From Gammaproteobacteria bacterium (lineage in GTDB: Bacteria; Pseudomonadota; Gammaproteobacteria; Natronospirales; REEB76), in assembly GCA_028864905.1 (NCBI GenBank), contig JAGWLP010000001.1, positions 1 to 55,782 of the forward strand: 55,782 nt of DNA, given 5' to 3'. The notes under the pieces were generated by a model. It searched no databases and was not told the origin of the DNA. It worked only from the letters and a program-made list of their open reading frames with translations. Of this stretch, positions 1 to 8,604 are shown piece by piece. A program made the position numbers and the translations under genes. Every line of letters begins with the position of its first letter. Within the stretch, counting starts at the first letter, position 1.

Positions 1-624
1 TTGCAGCTCCTTGTCGGGAATGGACTGGTGATATTGCAGCGACGTGAACATCACGCGTTCCACGGTGTGCCCGTCGCTGTTCACGAGATCGGAACGCAGC
101 AGCATCCCGGTGTGCGCATCCAGCCACAGCCGGTAACCATAGCGGTACTGGTCACGCGGCATGATGCCGATGATCTTGCTGCGATACCCGGCAATCCGGC
201 CGTCCCCGAGATCCTTGAAATCGTAATACGCCGCAAGCCGCGCGGCCGGGACGCTGGCCGGCAGGGCCGCGGGAAAACGCTCGGCTGCATAGCGGCGTTC
301 CACCAATACCATGCGGCTGTCGGGCAGGATGCACTTGACGCTGTGATGATCGCGAATCACCTCGCTCGGCGGCCCGGTCAATGACACCAGGCGCTCGATG
401 CCGCCCTGGGCATCGGCGCGGTGAAAGATGCGCATGCTTTCCAGATGGTCCCCGTGGACATACACGAACGTGCCGGTGTAATTGCGGTCACGCAGCGCCA
501 GATTCATGCGCTGCAGCCAGACCTGGGGACTGGAGGCGGGCTGGGAGTGGCCGCCTGCCTGGGCTGCCGGAACCAGCAGCCCGCACGTCAGCAGTGCGAT
601 CGCCAGCCGCGGCCCGATGGTCAT
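1..624 (-). CDS. rseB: Sigma-E regulatory protein RseB/MucB, partial (C-terminal part runs off the window start)
   Basis: Hand translation of the minus strand from ATG 624..622 gives MTIGPRLAIALLTCGLLVPAAQA (signal peptide) then ...VWLQRMNLALRDRNYTGTFVYVHGDHLESMRIFH...RYGYRLWLDAHTGMLLRSDL..., open to position 1. ATGA overlap with the rseA stop. Position after rpoE-rseA. Absent from the ORF track because it has no stop in the window. Confidence 0.85.
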   Translation of the reverse strand, partial: MTIGPRLAIALLTCGLLVPAAQAGGHSQPASSPQVWLQRMNLALRDRNYTGTFVYVHGDHLESMRIFHRADAQGGIERLVSLTGPPSEVIRDHHSVKCILPDSRMVLVERRYAAERFPAALPASVPAARLAAYYDFKDLGDGRIAGYRSKIIGIMPRDQYRYGYRLWLDAHTGMLLRSDLVNSDGHTVERVMFTSLQYHQSIPDKELQ

Positions 625-1241
625 CGCTTGCGCGGCGGTATCTGCGGTGCGCCGGCCCGCGAGGCGCCGCGCGTTGCCTGGTTGACGTTATACGTGGTGA
701 TGTAAAAGTAAGGCAGCGGATCCGGCCGGCCGAGTGCCGCACTGGTCTCGGTGTGATTGATGATGTAGTTGTTGAGTTCCGCCTGGACCTCCGGCATGTT
801 GCCGTTCCAGGCCGCCGCGTTCACCATGCCATAGCCCACCGGCGTGGTCTGCAGCGCCGACGCGGGCGGCACGATCTCCGAGGGCGCGGCGCCCAGGTGA
901 CCGGGACCGCCGCCAAAGCGCGTGACCGCCAGCGCCACCACCGCCACGCACACCGCGGCCGCCACGCTCGCGGCAATGCGCACGGCCGGAACGCGGCGCA
1001 CGTTGTGCGGCTGAGGAGTGGCGGGCTCTCCGGCGAGCGCCTGCATGATGCGATCCGCCAATCCGCGCGTGTCCACCTGCGGCAGCCTCTTGCGCATGGC
1101 TTCGCCGATCAGATGGTAGCGCTCCCAGCAGTGCCGCAGATAACCCTCGGTCGCAAAACGCCGCAGCAGCAGTTCGTGCTCGCTCTCGGGAAGCTCGTTG
1201 TCCGTCAGAGCTGAAATTTGTTCGCGCAGTTTTTCCGTCAT
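621..1241 (-). CDS. rseA: Anti-sigma-E factor RseA
   Basis: 206-aa ORF directly downstream of rpoE. N-terminus MTEKLREQISALTDNELPESE...WERYHLIGEAMRK matches the RseA N-domain pattern. Central TM segment AASVAAAVCVAVVALAV. Confidence 0.85.
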   Translation of the reverse strand: MTEKLREQISALTDNELPESEHELLLRRFATEGYLRHCWERYHLIGEAMRKRLPQVDTRGLADRIMQALAGEPATPQPHNVRRVPAVRIAASVAAAVCVAVVALAVTRFGGGPGHLGAAPSEIVPPASALQTTPVGYGMVNAAAWNGNMPEVQAELNNYIINHTETSAALGRPDPLPYFYITTYNVNQATRGASRAGAPQIPPRKR

Positions 1242-1259
1242 GTCTTCAATCGCTCGCGT

Positions 1260-1868
1260 TCAATCCAGCAAGGACCGCAGTTTGCCGTCAATCGCCTCGC
1301 GCGCCCGGAAAATGCGCGAGCGTACCGTGCCCACCGGGCAGGACATGGTCTGGGCAATTTCCTCGTAGCTCATGCCGTCAATCTCGCGCAGGATGATCGC
1401 GGTACGCAGATCCTCCGGCAATCCGCGGATCGCCGCCTCCACGGTGTGCTGGATCTCCTCGGTGAGCAGCAGACGTTCGGGCGTATCCAGGTCGCGCAAG
1501 CGCGACTGCATCTCATACTGCTCGGGATCCTGCAGGTCCACGCCGTGATCCAGCGGGCGGCGGTTTTCCGCCACCAGGTAATTCTTGGCGGTGTTGATGG
1601 CAATGCGGTACAGCCAGGTATAAAACGCGCTGTCACCGCGGAACCCGGGGATGGCCCGGTAGGCCTTGATGAAAGCTTCCTGCGCCACATCCAATGCCTC
1701 GCTACTGTCGTGCACGTAGCGCGTGACCAGCTTGACGATCTTGTGCTGATACTTGCGCACCAGCATATCGAAGGCCGCCTTGTCACCGCGCTGCACCCGA
1801 GCCACCAGCAGCTGGTCGGAATCGGTCCGGCCCGGCTGGAGCGTGACCACCGGCTTGGGCTTATGCAT
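1260..1868 (-). CDS. rpoE: RNA polymerase ECF sigma factor RpoE (sigma-24)
   Basis: 202 aa. LVARVQRGDKAAFDMLVRKYQHKIVKLVTRYV..., region 2 FYTWLYRIAINTAKNYL, region 4 MSYEEIAQTMSCPVGTVRSRIFRAREAI. Divergent from nadB as in enterobacteria. Confidence 0.95.
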   Translation of the reverse strand: MHKPKPVVTLQPGRTDSDQLLVARVQRGDKAAFDMLVRKYQHKIVKLVTRYVHDSSEALDVAQEAFIKAYRAIPGFRGDSAFYTWLYRIAINTAKNYLVAENRRPLDHGVDLQDPEQYEMQSRLRDLDTPERLLLTEEIQHTVEAAIRGLPEDLRTAIILREIDGMSYEEIAQTMSCPVGTVRSRIFRAREAIDGKLRSLLD

Positions 1869-1879
1869 GCGCTCGGCTC

Positions 1880-1906
1880 ATAGACACATGGGAGGCTGGA
1901 TAGTTC
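1880..1906 (-). promoter_or_regulatory. Candidate sigma-E-type autoregulatory promoter upstream of rpoE
   Basis: The minus strand reads GAACTA-N16-TCTAT, compared with the sigma-E consensus GGAACTT-N16-TCNNA. The -10 element lies only ~11 nt from the annotated ATG, so either the start codon or the promoter call is off. Confidence 0.25.
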
Positions 1907-1990
1907 GCCAAAATCGGCCGGGACGGGTATATTTCGCGTCCCCCGGCACCCGGCAGCCATTCTAGCAGCCCTTGAAGAGGGGCCGATTGC

Positions 1991-3628
1991 ATGCAACAGG
2001 CGGCCAGTTACGACGTGCTCATCCTCGGCAGCGGCGCCGCCGGCCTGAGCCTAGCGCTGCGTCTGCCGGAGAACTGCCGGGTTGCCCTGGCCTCCAAGGG
2101 GCCATTGCAGGAAGGCAGCACGCTTTATGCCCAAGGCGGCATCTCCGCGGTTCTGGACAAGGCCGATTCGCTCGAATCCCATGCCGCGGATACGCTCAAC
2201 GCCGGCGCGGGCCTGTGCGATCCGCAGACCGTGAGCTTTGTCGTTGAACAGGGACCGGAATGCATCCGCTGGCTGATCGCGCAAGGCGTGCGTTTCACCC
2301 GCGACCACGATGCCCACGATCCGGACGCCTATCATCTGACGCGCGAAGGCGGGCACAGCCACCGGCGCGTGGTGCACGCCGACGACGCCACCGGGCGCGA
2401 GATCGAAACCACGCTCGAGAAACTCGTGCGTGCGCGTGCCAACATCACGCTGCTGGAGCACCACATCGCCGTGGATTTGATTACCGCCGCCAAGCTCGGC
2501 AGGCCGGAGCCGCGCTGTTACGGCGCCTACCTGCTCGAGCGGCGCACGCAGCACGTACGCACCGTGGGCGCGCGCCACGTGGTGCTCGCAACCGGCGGCG
2601 CCAACAAGGCGTATCTCTACAGCACCAATCCCGACAGTTCCAGCGGCGACGGCATCGCCATGGCGTGGCGCGCCGGCTGCCGCGTGGCCAACCTGGAATT
2701 CATGCAGTTCCACCCCACCTGCCTGTTCCATCCGGCCGCCAAGTCCTTCCTGATCAGCGAGGCGGTGCGCGGTGAAGGCGGCAAACTGCTGCTGCCGGAC
2801 GGTACCCCGTTCATGCAGAAGTTTGATTCACGCGGTGAACTTGCGCCGCGCGACATCGTGGCACGCGCCATCGACCATGAGATGAAACGCCTGGGTTCCG
2901 ACCATGTGCTGCTCGACATCAGCCAGCGGCCGAGGGAATTCATCCAGGAACACTTCCCGACCATCTATGCACGCTGCCTGCAATACGGCTATGACATGGC
3001 CAAAGGTCCGATCCCGGTGGTGCCGGCCGCGCACTACACCTGCGGCGGCGTGCTTACCGATTTGCACGCGCGCACCGACCTGCCGGGGCTGTATGCCATC
3101 GGCGAAGTTGCCTGCACGGGCCTGCATGGCGCCAATCGCATGGCCTCCAACTCGTTGCTGGAATGCATCGTATTCGGCGCCGCGGCGGCCGCGGACATCA
3201 CCGCGGCCCGGCCCAGCGACCCGCCGGGCAAACTGCCCAAATGGGACGAGAGCCGCGTCACGGATTCGGATGAGGAAGTCGTGGTATCGCACAACTGGAG
3301 CGAGCTGCGGCACTTCATGTGGGACTACGTCGGCATCGTGCGCACCGACAAACGCCTGCAACGCGCCTTGAGTCGCACCGAACTGCTGCTGCACGAAATC
3401 GCGGAGTACTACGGCAACTTCCGCATCACCGGCGATCTGATTGAGCTGCGCAATCTCGAACAGGTGGCACGGCTCATCATCCTGTCTGCAATGTCGCGCA
3501 AGGAAAGCCGCGGCCTGCATTACACGCTGGATTACCCCGAGCCTGACAACACACGCCCACCGCAGAGCACCGTGCTGGTGCCGCCCAATTTCGCGGCGGC
3601 CAAGCAGCCCGTGAACTGGATGTGCTGA
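1991..3628 (+). CDS. nadB: L-aspartate oxidase
   Basis: 545 aa. N-terminal FAD fold [19 protein letters not shown]. Fumarate reductase/succinate dehydrogenase flavoprotein-like core. Conserved nadB/rpoE divergent arrangement. Confidence 0.95.
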   Translation: MQQAASYDVLILGSGAAGLSLALRLPENCRVALASKGPLQEGSTLYAQGGISAVLDKADSLESHAADTLNAGAGLCDPQTVSFVVEQGPECIRWLIAQGVRFTRDHDAHDPDAYHLTREGGHSHRRVVHADDATGREIETTLEKLVRARANITLLEHHIAVDLITAAKLGRPEPRCYGAYLLERRTQHVRTVGARHVVLATGGANKAYLYSTNPDSSSGDGIAMAWRAGCRVANLEFMQFHPTCLFHPAAKSFLISEAVRGEGGKLLLPDGTPFMQKFDSRGELAPRDIVARAIDHEMKRLGSDHVLLDISQRPREFIQEHFPTIYARCLQYGYDMAKGPIPVVPAAHYTCGGVLTDLHARTDLPGLYAIGEVACTGLHGANRMASNSLLECIVFGAAAAADITAARPSDPPGKLPKWDESRVTDSDEEVVVSHNWSELRHFMWDYVGIVRTDKRLQRALSRTELLLHEIAEYYGNFRITGDLIELRNLEQVARLIILSAMSRKESRGLHYTLDYPEPDNTRPPQSTVLVPPNFAAAKQPVNWMC

Positions 3629-3752
3629 GCGCTGCCGCATCCTGGAATGCAGGGTGGCAATGCTCTGCCGATGCGGTGCACATCACACGGAAGACACGCC
3701 TTTTTTATTAATGCGTCTAACGAAAAGGAAGGGAGTCGCCGCCAGAGCGCAC

Positions 3753-3815
3753 AAAATCCCCCCTCACCCCCCTTTGCAAAGGGGGGGTGCGCGCACAGCG
3801 CGCAGGGGGATTTTT
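3753..3815. terminator. Nested palindromic element acting as a probable bidirectional terminator between convergent nadB and ygfX
   Basis: Outer stem AAAATCCCCC (3754-3763) pairs with GGGGGATTTT (3805-3814). Inside are CACCCCCC-TTTGCAAA-GGGGGGTG (3765-3789) and TGCGCGC-ACA-GCGCGCA (3788-3804). A T-run follows the structure on both strands (TTTTT on plus, TTTT on minus). Confidence 0.6.
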
Positions 3816-3844
3816 ATCATGGGCGTTCAGTTGGTCAGATGCTC

Positions 3845-4279
3845 TCAGTGCTTCGGCGTTCCGTAACGCAGCATCACCCGCAAGCGGCGCAGACTGTCCG
3901 CGCTGCAACTGTCGTGCGCCAGCATCACGGCGCGGCGCCTTCCCTTGGTTGTCTGAAAATGCGCGACCATCATCCAGTTGCCAAGGTACGCCTGCGGCAA
4001 CAGATCCAGATCGTGAGTGTTGCCCCGGCGATCGGTGATGCGCCAGCCCTGCTCGCGCGACCACAGCAGCTTCTTGGGCGTGCGCCGCCAGAACATCACG
4101 CCGTTCCAGATGAGGCTCACGAGGATCGCCGCCAGGATTGCCAGCCGGCTGGTCAGCGCCATGGGCAGCTGCGCAATCACCACGGCCGCGGTGAGATGGA
4201 TGGCGAGCAACAGGCTCGCCACCTGACGCGAAGGCCGGATATCAAGTTCGAGGGGTTCGCCGTAGGCTGGCGATGACAC
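3845..4279 (-). CDS. ygfX: YgfX/CptA-family inner-membrane protein (start uncertain; GTG 4279 proposed)
   Basis: ORF immediately downstream of sdhE, as in E. coli sdhE-ygfX. LDIRPSRQVASLLLAIHLTAAVVIAQLP...LAILAAILVSLIW parallels the E. coli YgfX N-terminus (DLRVSWRAQWLSLLIHGLVAAVILL). Two TM helices. The track ORF extends to 4363, but that would overlap most of sdhE. Confidence 0.6.
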   Translation of the reverse strand: MSSPAYGEPLELDIRPSRQVASLLLAIHLTAAVVIAQLPMALTSRLAILAAILVSLIWNGVMFWRRTPKKLLWSREQGWRITDRRGNTHDLDLLPQAYLGNWMMVAHFQTTKGRRRAVMLAHDSCSADSLRRLRVMLRYGTPKH

Positions 4280-4484
4280 GGCGTTGCTCCTGATTGTCCG
4301 GCTGCTCCCGGCCCATGATGTAACCCAACAGCAGCGGATCGGGGAGGGAGAGCAAATTGGCAAAGGCCTGCTGTTCCGCAGTCGGTGCCGCGTTGAAATG
4401 CTCCTGCAAATAGCGCTCCAGCAGCACGTCCAGTTCTTTCATGCCGCGGCGGCACTGCCAGCGCAGGTGCCCATATTCATTCAT
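4242..4484 (-). CDS. sdhE: FAD assembly factor SdhE (YgfY/CptB family)
   Basis: 80 aa from the internal ATG. MNEYGHLRWQCRRGMKELDVLLERYL... carries the SdhE signature RxxWxCRRGMxELD. The track ORF (119 aa, start 4601) is over-extended relative to the 80-90 aa family length. Confidence 0.85.
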   Translation of the reverse strand: MNEYGHLRWQCRRGMKELDVLLERYLQEHFNAAPTAEQQAFANLLSLPDPLLLGYIMGREQPDNQEQRRVIASLRRTPRT

Positions 4485-4707
4485 GAGCAGGCAACCCTCC
4501 ATGGTGCGCCGGCCAACCATGCCATCCATGGCATGGCGCTCAGCGGGATTGGACAGCCACCGGCTGTCCAATAAATGCACCCAGTTCGCCCTCGGCGGCA
4601 TTGCCAGCGCAATCGGGACATTTCATTCATGCGCTACGACCCTTCCCTGGCAGACCGGCCTGCCCGGACTTCCCGGCAACCGCGAATCCCGCCACGGAAC
4701 AGCGTAG

Positions 4708-6501
4708 TCAGTAAACCCGCTTCTTCGGCGGGAAGGTTTCAACGTCCTGGGTGAGCGTATAGCTGTGCACCGGGCGGTAGTCGAGTTTCACTTTGCCCTT
4801 GGCGTCCAGCCAGGCGAGGGTGTGTTTCATCCAGTTCTTGTCGTCGCGCTCGGGGAAATCCTCGCGCGCGTGGGCACCGCGGCTTTCGGTGCGATTGATG
4901 GCGCCGGCCATGGTGACCGTGGCACAGGCCAGCAGGTTGGCGAGCTCCAGGGTTTCCACCAGGTCGGAGTTCCAGATCAGGGAATGGTCGCTGACGCGCA
5001 CTTTCTCGAAGGACTGCGCCACCTCCGCGAGTTTGCTGCGGCCCTGCTCCAGGGTCTGGGCGGTACGGAATACCGCGGCATCGGACTGCATCACCTTCTG
5101 CATGCGCAGGCGGATATCGGCCGTGGGCTCCGAACCCTGGGCATGACGCAATTTGTCGAAGCGCTCCAGAATGCGGTCGCTGGCTTCCTGCGGGACGGTA
5201 CGCGGAGTTTCGCCCGGCTGGATCTTCCCCGCACAGCGCCTGGCCGCGGCACGCCCGAACACCACGAGATCCAGCAGCGAGTTCGAGCCCAGGCGATTGG
5301 CACCGTGCACCGACACGCACGCCGCCTCGCCCACCGCCATGAGCCCGGGAATTTCCGCATCCGGATTGCCGTCCTTCAAGGTCATGGCTTCGCCGTGGTG
5401 ATTCGTGGGGATTCCGCCCATGTCGTAGTGCACCGTGGGCAGCACCGGGATCGGCTGCTTGGTGACATCCACGCCGGCAAAGATGCGCGCGGTCTCCGAA
5501 ATCCCGGGCAAGTGCGCGTGCAGCACGTCGGGACCGAGGTGCATGAGATTCAGGAACACGTGATCCTTTTCCTCACCCACGCCCCGACCTTCACGCACTT
5601 CGAGGGTAATGGCGCGCGATACCACGTCGCGCGAAGCCAAGTCCTTGGCGTGCGGCGCATAACGCTCCATGAAGCGTTCGCCGCTGGAGTTGGTGAGATA
5701 CCCGCCCTCGCCGCGCGCGCCCTCGGTAATCAGGCAGCCGGCGCCATAGATGCCGGTGGGATGGAATTGCACGAACTCCATGTCTTCGAGCGGCAAGCCC
5801 GCGCGCAACACCATGCCGTTGCCGTCGCCGGTGCAGGTGTGCGCCGAGGTGCAGGAAAAATACGCGCGTCCGTAACCGCCGGTCGCCAGGATGGTCTGCT
5901 GCGCTAGGAAGCGGTGCAAGGTGCCGGTGGCCAGATCCCAGGCGATCACGCCCCGGCAGGCGCCATTTTCCATCAGCAGGTCAATGGCGAAATATTCGTA
6001 GTAGAACTCGACGTGATGCTTGAGGCTCTGCTGATACATGCTGTGCAGCATCGCGTGACCGGTGCGGTCGGCGGCCGCGCACGTGCGATGCGCGGTGCCC
6101 TCGCCGAAGCGCGTGGTCATGCCGCCGAACGGGCGCTGATAAATCCGGCCTTCCTTGGTGCGCGAAAACGGCACACCGTAATGTTCGAGTTCAATCACCG
6201 CGGACACCGCTTCGCGTGTCATGTACTCGATGGCGTCCTGATCGCCGAGGTAATCCCCGCCTTTGACCGTGTCATACATGTGCCAACGCCAGTCGTCCTC
6301 GCCCATGTTGCCGAGCGTGGCCGCGATGCCGCCCTGCGCCGCCACCGTGTGGCTGCGCGTGGGATAGACCTTGGTGATGTTGGCCGTGGACAGGCCGGCT
6401 TCCGCCAGCCCCACGCTGGCACGCAAGCCGGCGCCACCCGCTCCCACCACCACCACGTCATATACGTGGTCCACCAGCTTGTAGGCTTCGGCCATGCTCA
6501 T
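4708..6501 (-). CDS. sdhA: Succinate dehydrogenase flavoprotein subunit
   Basis: 597 aa from [28 protein letters not shown]. Covalent-FAD region [11 protein letters not shown]-like ([11 protein letters not shown]). C-terminal ...HTLAWLD...DYRPVH. The start overlaps the sdhD stop by 1 nt (TGATG). The 731-aa track ORF is an upstream extension through sdhD. Confidence 0.95.
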   Translation of the reverse strand: MSMAEAYKLVDHVYDVVVVGAGGAGLRASVGLAEAGLSTANITKVYPTRSHTVAAQGGIAATLGNMGEDDWRWHMYDTVKGGDYLGDQDAIEYMTREAVSAVIELEHYGVPFSRTKEGRIYQRPFGGMTTRFGEGTAHRTCAAADRTGHAMLHSMYQQSLKHHVEFYYEYFAIDLLMENGACRGVIAWDLATGTLHRFLAQQTILATGGYGRAYFSCTSAHTCTGDGNGMVLRAGLPLEDMEFVQFHPTGIYGAGCLITEGARGEGGYLTNSSGERFMERYAPHAKDLASRDVVSRAITLEVREGRGVGEEKDHVFLNLMHLGPDVLHAHLPGISETARIFAGVDVTKQPIPVLPTVHYDMGGIPTNHHGEAMTLKDGNPDAEIPGLMAVGEAACVSVHGANRLGSNSLLDLVVFGRAAARRCAGKIQPGETPRTVPQEASDRILERFDKLRHAQGSEPTADIRLRMQKVMQSDAAVFRTAQTLEQGRSKLAEVAQSFEKVRVSDHSLIWNSDLVETLELANLLACATVTMAGAINRTESRGAHAREDFPERDDKNWMKHTLAWLDAKGKVKLDYRPVHSYTLTQDVETFPPKKRVY

Positions 6502-6881
6502 CAACTCCCAAAGGCGATACGCAGCACCACAAAGACGCCGATGGCGGTCAACACCACGGCCAGCAGGCGCAGCAAAACGATGGCGCTCACTTTCACCCAC
6601 GCGACATGCACGTAGTCCTCGACCACCACCTGCAGGCCCAGATAGGCGTGCCAATACACCGTGAGCACCAGCAGCACCAGCAAAATGGCGTTCCACGGAG
6701 CGTGCATCCAGTTCACGACCGTGACGTAGTCTTTGTGCATCAGCATGAGTATCGAAACCACGAACCACAGGCTGAGCGGCACGAGGGCTAATGCCGTGAT
6801 GCGTTGCACGACCCAGTGCGTGGTGCCGTCCTTGGCCGAGCCCAGCCCGCGCGCGCGCGCCAACGGTGTGCGGTAGCTCAT
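6501..6881 (-). CDS. sdhD: Succinate dehydrogenase hydrophobic membrane anchor subunit
   Basis: 126 aa from [36 protein letters not shown]. Three TM helices. ATGA overlap with the sdhC stop. Located between sdhC and sdhA. Confidence 0.9.
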   Translation of the reverse strand: MSYRTPLARARGLGSAKDGTTHWVVQRITALALVPLSLWFVVSILMLMHKDYVTVVNWMHAPWNAILLVLLVLTVYWHAYLGLQVVVEDYVHVAWVKVSAIVLLRLLAVVLTAIGVFVVLRIAFGS

Positions 6882-7267
6882 GGCCGGCCTCCGAGATAAG
6901 CAAACAGGATGGCCAGGACCGTCAGGATGCAGGCCAGCACCCATACGCTGTAGCCGCTGAGGTAAATAGTCCGGATCTGGAATCCCCGGCCCGCGTCCCA
7001 GAACAGGTGGCGAATGCCGTTGCACAGGTGGTAGAAGAGGCTGAAGGTCCATAACCACATGAGAATCTGGCCGATCCAGGTGCCGAAAAACCAGTGTGCG
7101 GTCGCGAAGTTGTCCGGCCCGGTGCCGGCCGCCACCAGCCAATACACCAGCGCCAGCGTGCCGATCGCCAACCACACTCCGGTAATACGGTGTGCAATCG
7201 ACATGGTCATGGTGACCTGCCAGCGGTAAACGCCAACGTGCGGTGACAGCGGTCGTGTGTCGGTCAT
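6878..7267 (-). CDS. sdhC: Succinate dehydrogenase cytochrome b556 subunit
   Basis: 129 aa. [26 protein letters not shown] (SdhC signature with the heme-ligand His region). Three TM helices. Confidence 0.9.
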   Translation of the reverse strand: MTDTRPLSPHVGVYRWQVTMTMSIAHRITGVWLAIGTLALVYWLVAAGTGPDNFATAHWFFGTWIGQILMWLWTFSLFYHLCNGIRHLFWDAGRGFQIRTIYLSGYSVWVLACILTVLAILFAYLGGRP

Positions 7268-7308
7268 GGCCTTACCTCACTCGGCATCGGGCAGCGCACC
7301 GGGATCAT

Positions 7309-7503
7309 TCAGAAATCAATGCAGCGCCCGGCTTTTTCCCAGTCGCCGTAACGGGTGGGTTCCGGTCCCTTGGGACCGCCGATTTCGCGCGGCTTGCGCT
7401 CTGGCTGCGGCATGGCAGCGGGTGGGCGCGGCGGCGGTGCGGATGGCTTGGTCTGGGCGTCGCGTTCGGACATGCGCTTGTTATTCGGACCGGTGCGCGT
7501 CAT
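7309..7503 (-). CDS. DUF1674 / SDHAF4-like small protein (start uncertain: 7503 or 7473)
   Basis: The C-terminus [24 protein letters not shown] is near-identical to the conserved C-terminal motif of eukaryotic SDHAF4 ([23 protein letters not shown]). Lies 41 nt upstream of sdhC on the same strand. Confidence 0.8.
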   Translation of the reverse strand: [64 protein letters not shown]

Positions 7504-7577
7504 TTTACACCCAAGCTGTGCATCACTGACAGCGCAGCCGGCACCACTTATCATGGACATCGGCTACCGGGAATCTC

Positions 7578-8588
7578 ATGCACCCCGACTGGCGAGCTTT
7601 TCTGCAACGACAAGGCGCAGTTTTCGATGCGCAGCGCGTGCTGCATTTCGGCGATGCAGGGGCCGGACTGCGCGCGGCCGCGGGTGACGTGGTGATCGCG
7701 GACCTGTCGGGCGATTACGCCGTGATCGCCGTCGAGGGCGCAGACCGCCGCAGCTTTCTGCAGGGCCAGTTGAGCACCAACCTGCTGGCGCTGACGCCCG
7801 CCTTGAGCCAGTTCAGTTCCTGGAACAACGCCAAGGGCCGTGTGACCACGACGCTACGCGTGCTCGAGTGCGACAATCGCCTGTTGCTGATTTTGCCCCA
7901 GGCACTGGCCGCGACCGTACTCAAGGGACTGTCCATGTACGTGCTGCGCGCCCAGGCCAGACTCATGGATGTCAGCGACACACTCTGCCAATTTGGACTG
8001 GCGGGCGAGCACGCCGTGGAATTGCTGAGCGCCCGTGGGCTCACGCCACCGGCGGAAATCAATGCGCTCACGGAGTACCAGGGCATACAACTCGTTCGGC
8101 TGCACGGCAAAACCTCGCGCTATCTCGTGCTCGGCCCGAGCCCGGAGCTGCAGTCGCTCTGGACCAATATATTGGATCGCGGCGCCCGGCCCGCGGGCAG
8201 CGACGCCTGGACCGTGCTGCGCATATTGGCCGGCGAGCCCGAGGTACATCCCGAAACGGCCGGGCACTTTGTCGCGCAAATGCTGGGACTCGAAGAGCTC
8301 GACGCCGTGCATTTCAACAAGGGCTGTTATCTGGGTCAGGAAGTCATCGCGCGCGCGCATTATCGCGGCGCCGTCAAACGCCATCTGCATCGCGCCCGCT
8401 GCCGCTCTGCCGAATCATTACAGCCGGGGTTGGCGGTTTTCGCTGCAGGCCACGATCAGCCGGTGGGCGAAATTGCCGATGCCTCGCGCGACGCGAGTGG
8501 CGAGTGGCAGATGTTATTGGTGCTTCAGGATGAATCCAGCGAGAAACCGCTGCAAATCCACGACGATCCCGTCACGGTCATTGCTTAG
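7578..8588 (+). CDS. ygfZ: Folate-binding Fe-S cluster repair / tRNA-modification protein YgfZ
   Basis: 336 aa. GcvT-like fold with the family signature KGCYLGQEVIARAHYRGAVKR. Linked to sdhE-ygfX as in E. coli. Confidence 0.85.
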   Translation: MHPDWRAFLQRQGAVFDAQRVLHFGDAGAGLRAAAGDVVIADLSGDYAVIAVEGADRRSFLQGQLSTNLLALTPALSQFSSWNNAKGRVTTTLRVLECDNRLLLILPQALAATVLKGLSMYVLRAQARLMDVSDTLCQFGLAGEHAVELLSARGLTPPAEINALTEYQGIQLVRLHGKTSRYLVLGPSPELQSLWTNILDRGARPAGSDAWTVLRILAGEPEVHPETAGHFVAQMLGLEELDAVHFNKGCYLGQEVIARAHYRGAVKRHLHRARCRSAESLQPGLAVFAAGHDQPVGEIADASRDASGEWQMLLVLQDESSEKPLQIHDDPVTVIA

Positions 8589-8604
8589 GGCAGGCCGCGA
8601 TACT

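Noticed and set aside
1-1214. Plus-strand ORFs 1-384 and 381-1214 at the left edge.
   Set aside because: They are antisense to rseB and rseA, whose translations carry a clear signal peptide and the RseB and RseA N-domain features. The plus-strand products have no recognisable features.
3654-3866. Small ORFs over the nadB-ygfX gap, giving peptides such as ...IPPHPPLQRGGART....
   Set aside because: They are translations of the nested palindrome/terminator. This peptide pattern is a known artefact of C-run/G-run repeats.
4708-6903. N-terminally extended ORF calls in the track: sdhA 731 aa, sdhD 224 aa, lpxB 546 aa, pyrH 359 aa, ispF 279 aa, glnD 992 aa, dnaE 1236 aa, nlpD 327 aa, pyrG 579 aa.
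   Set aside because: The extensions run through the upstream gene and have Arg/Gly-rich junk composition. The conserved family N-termini begin at internal start codons, which also create the typical ATGA-type overlaps with the preceding stop codon.
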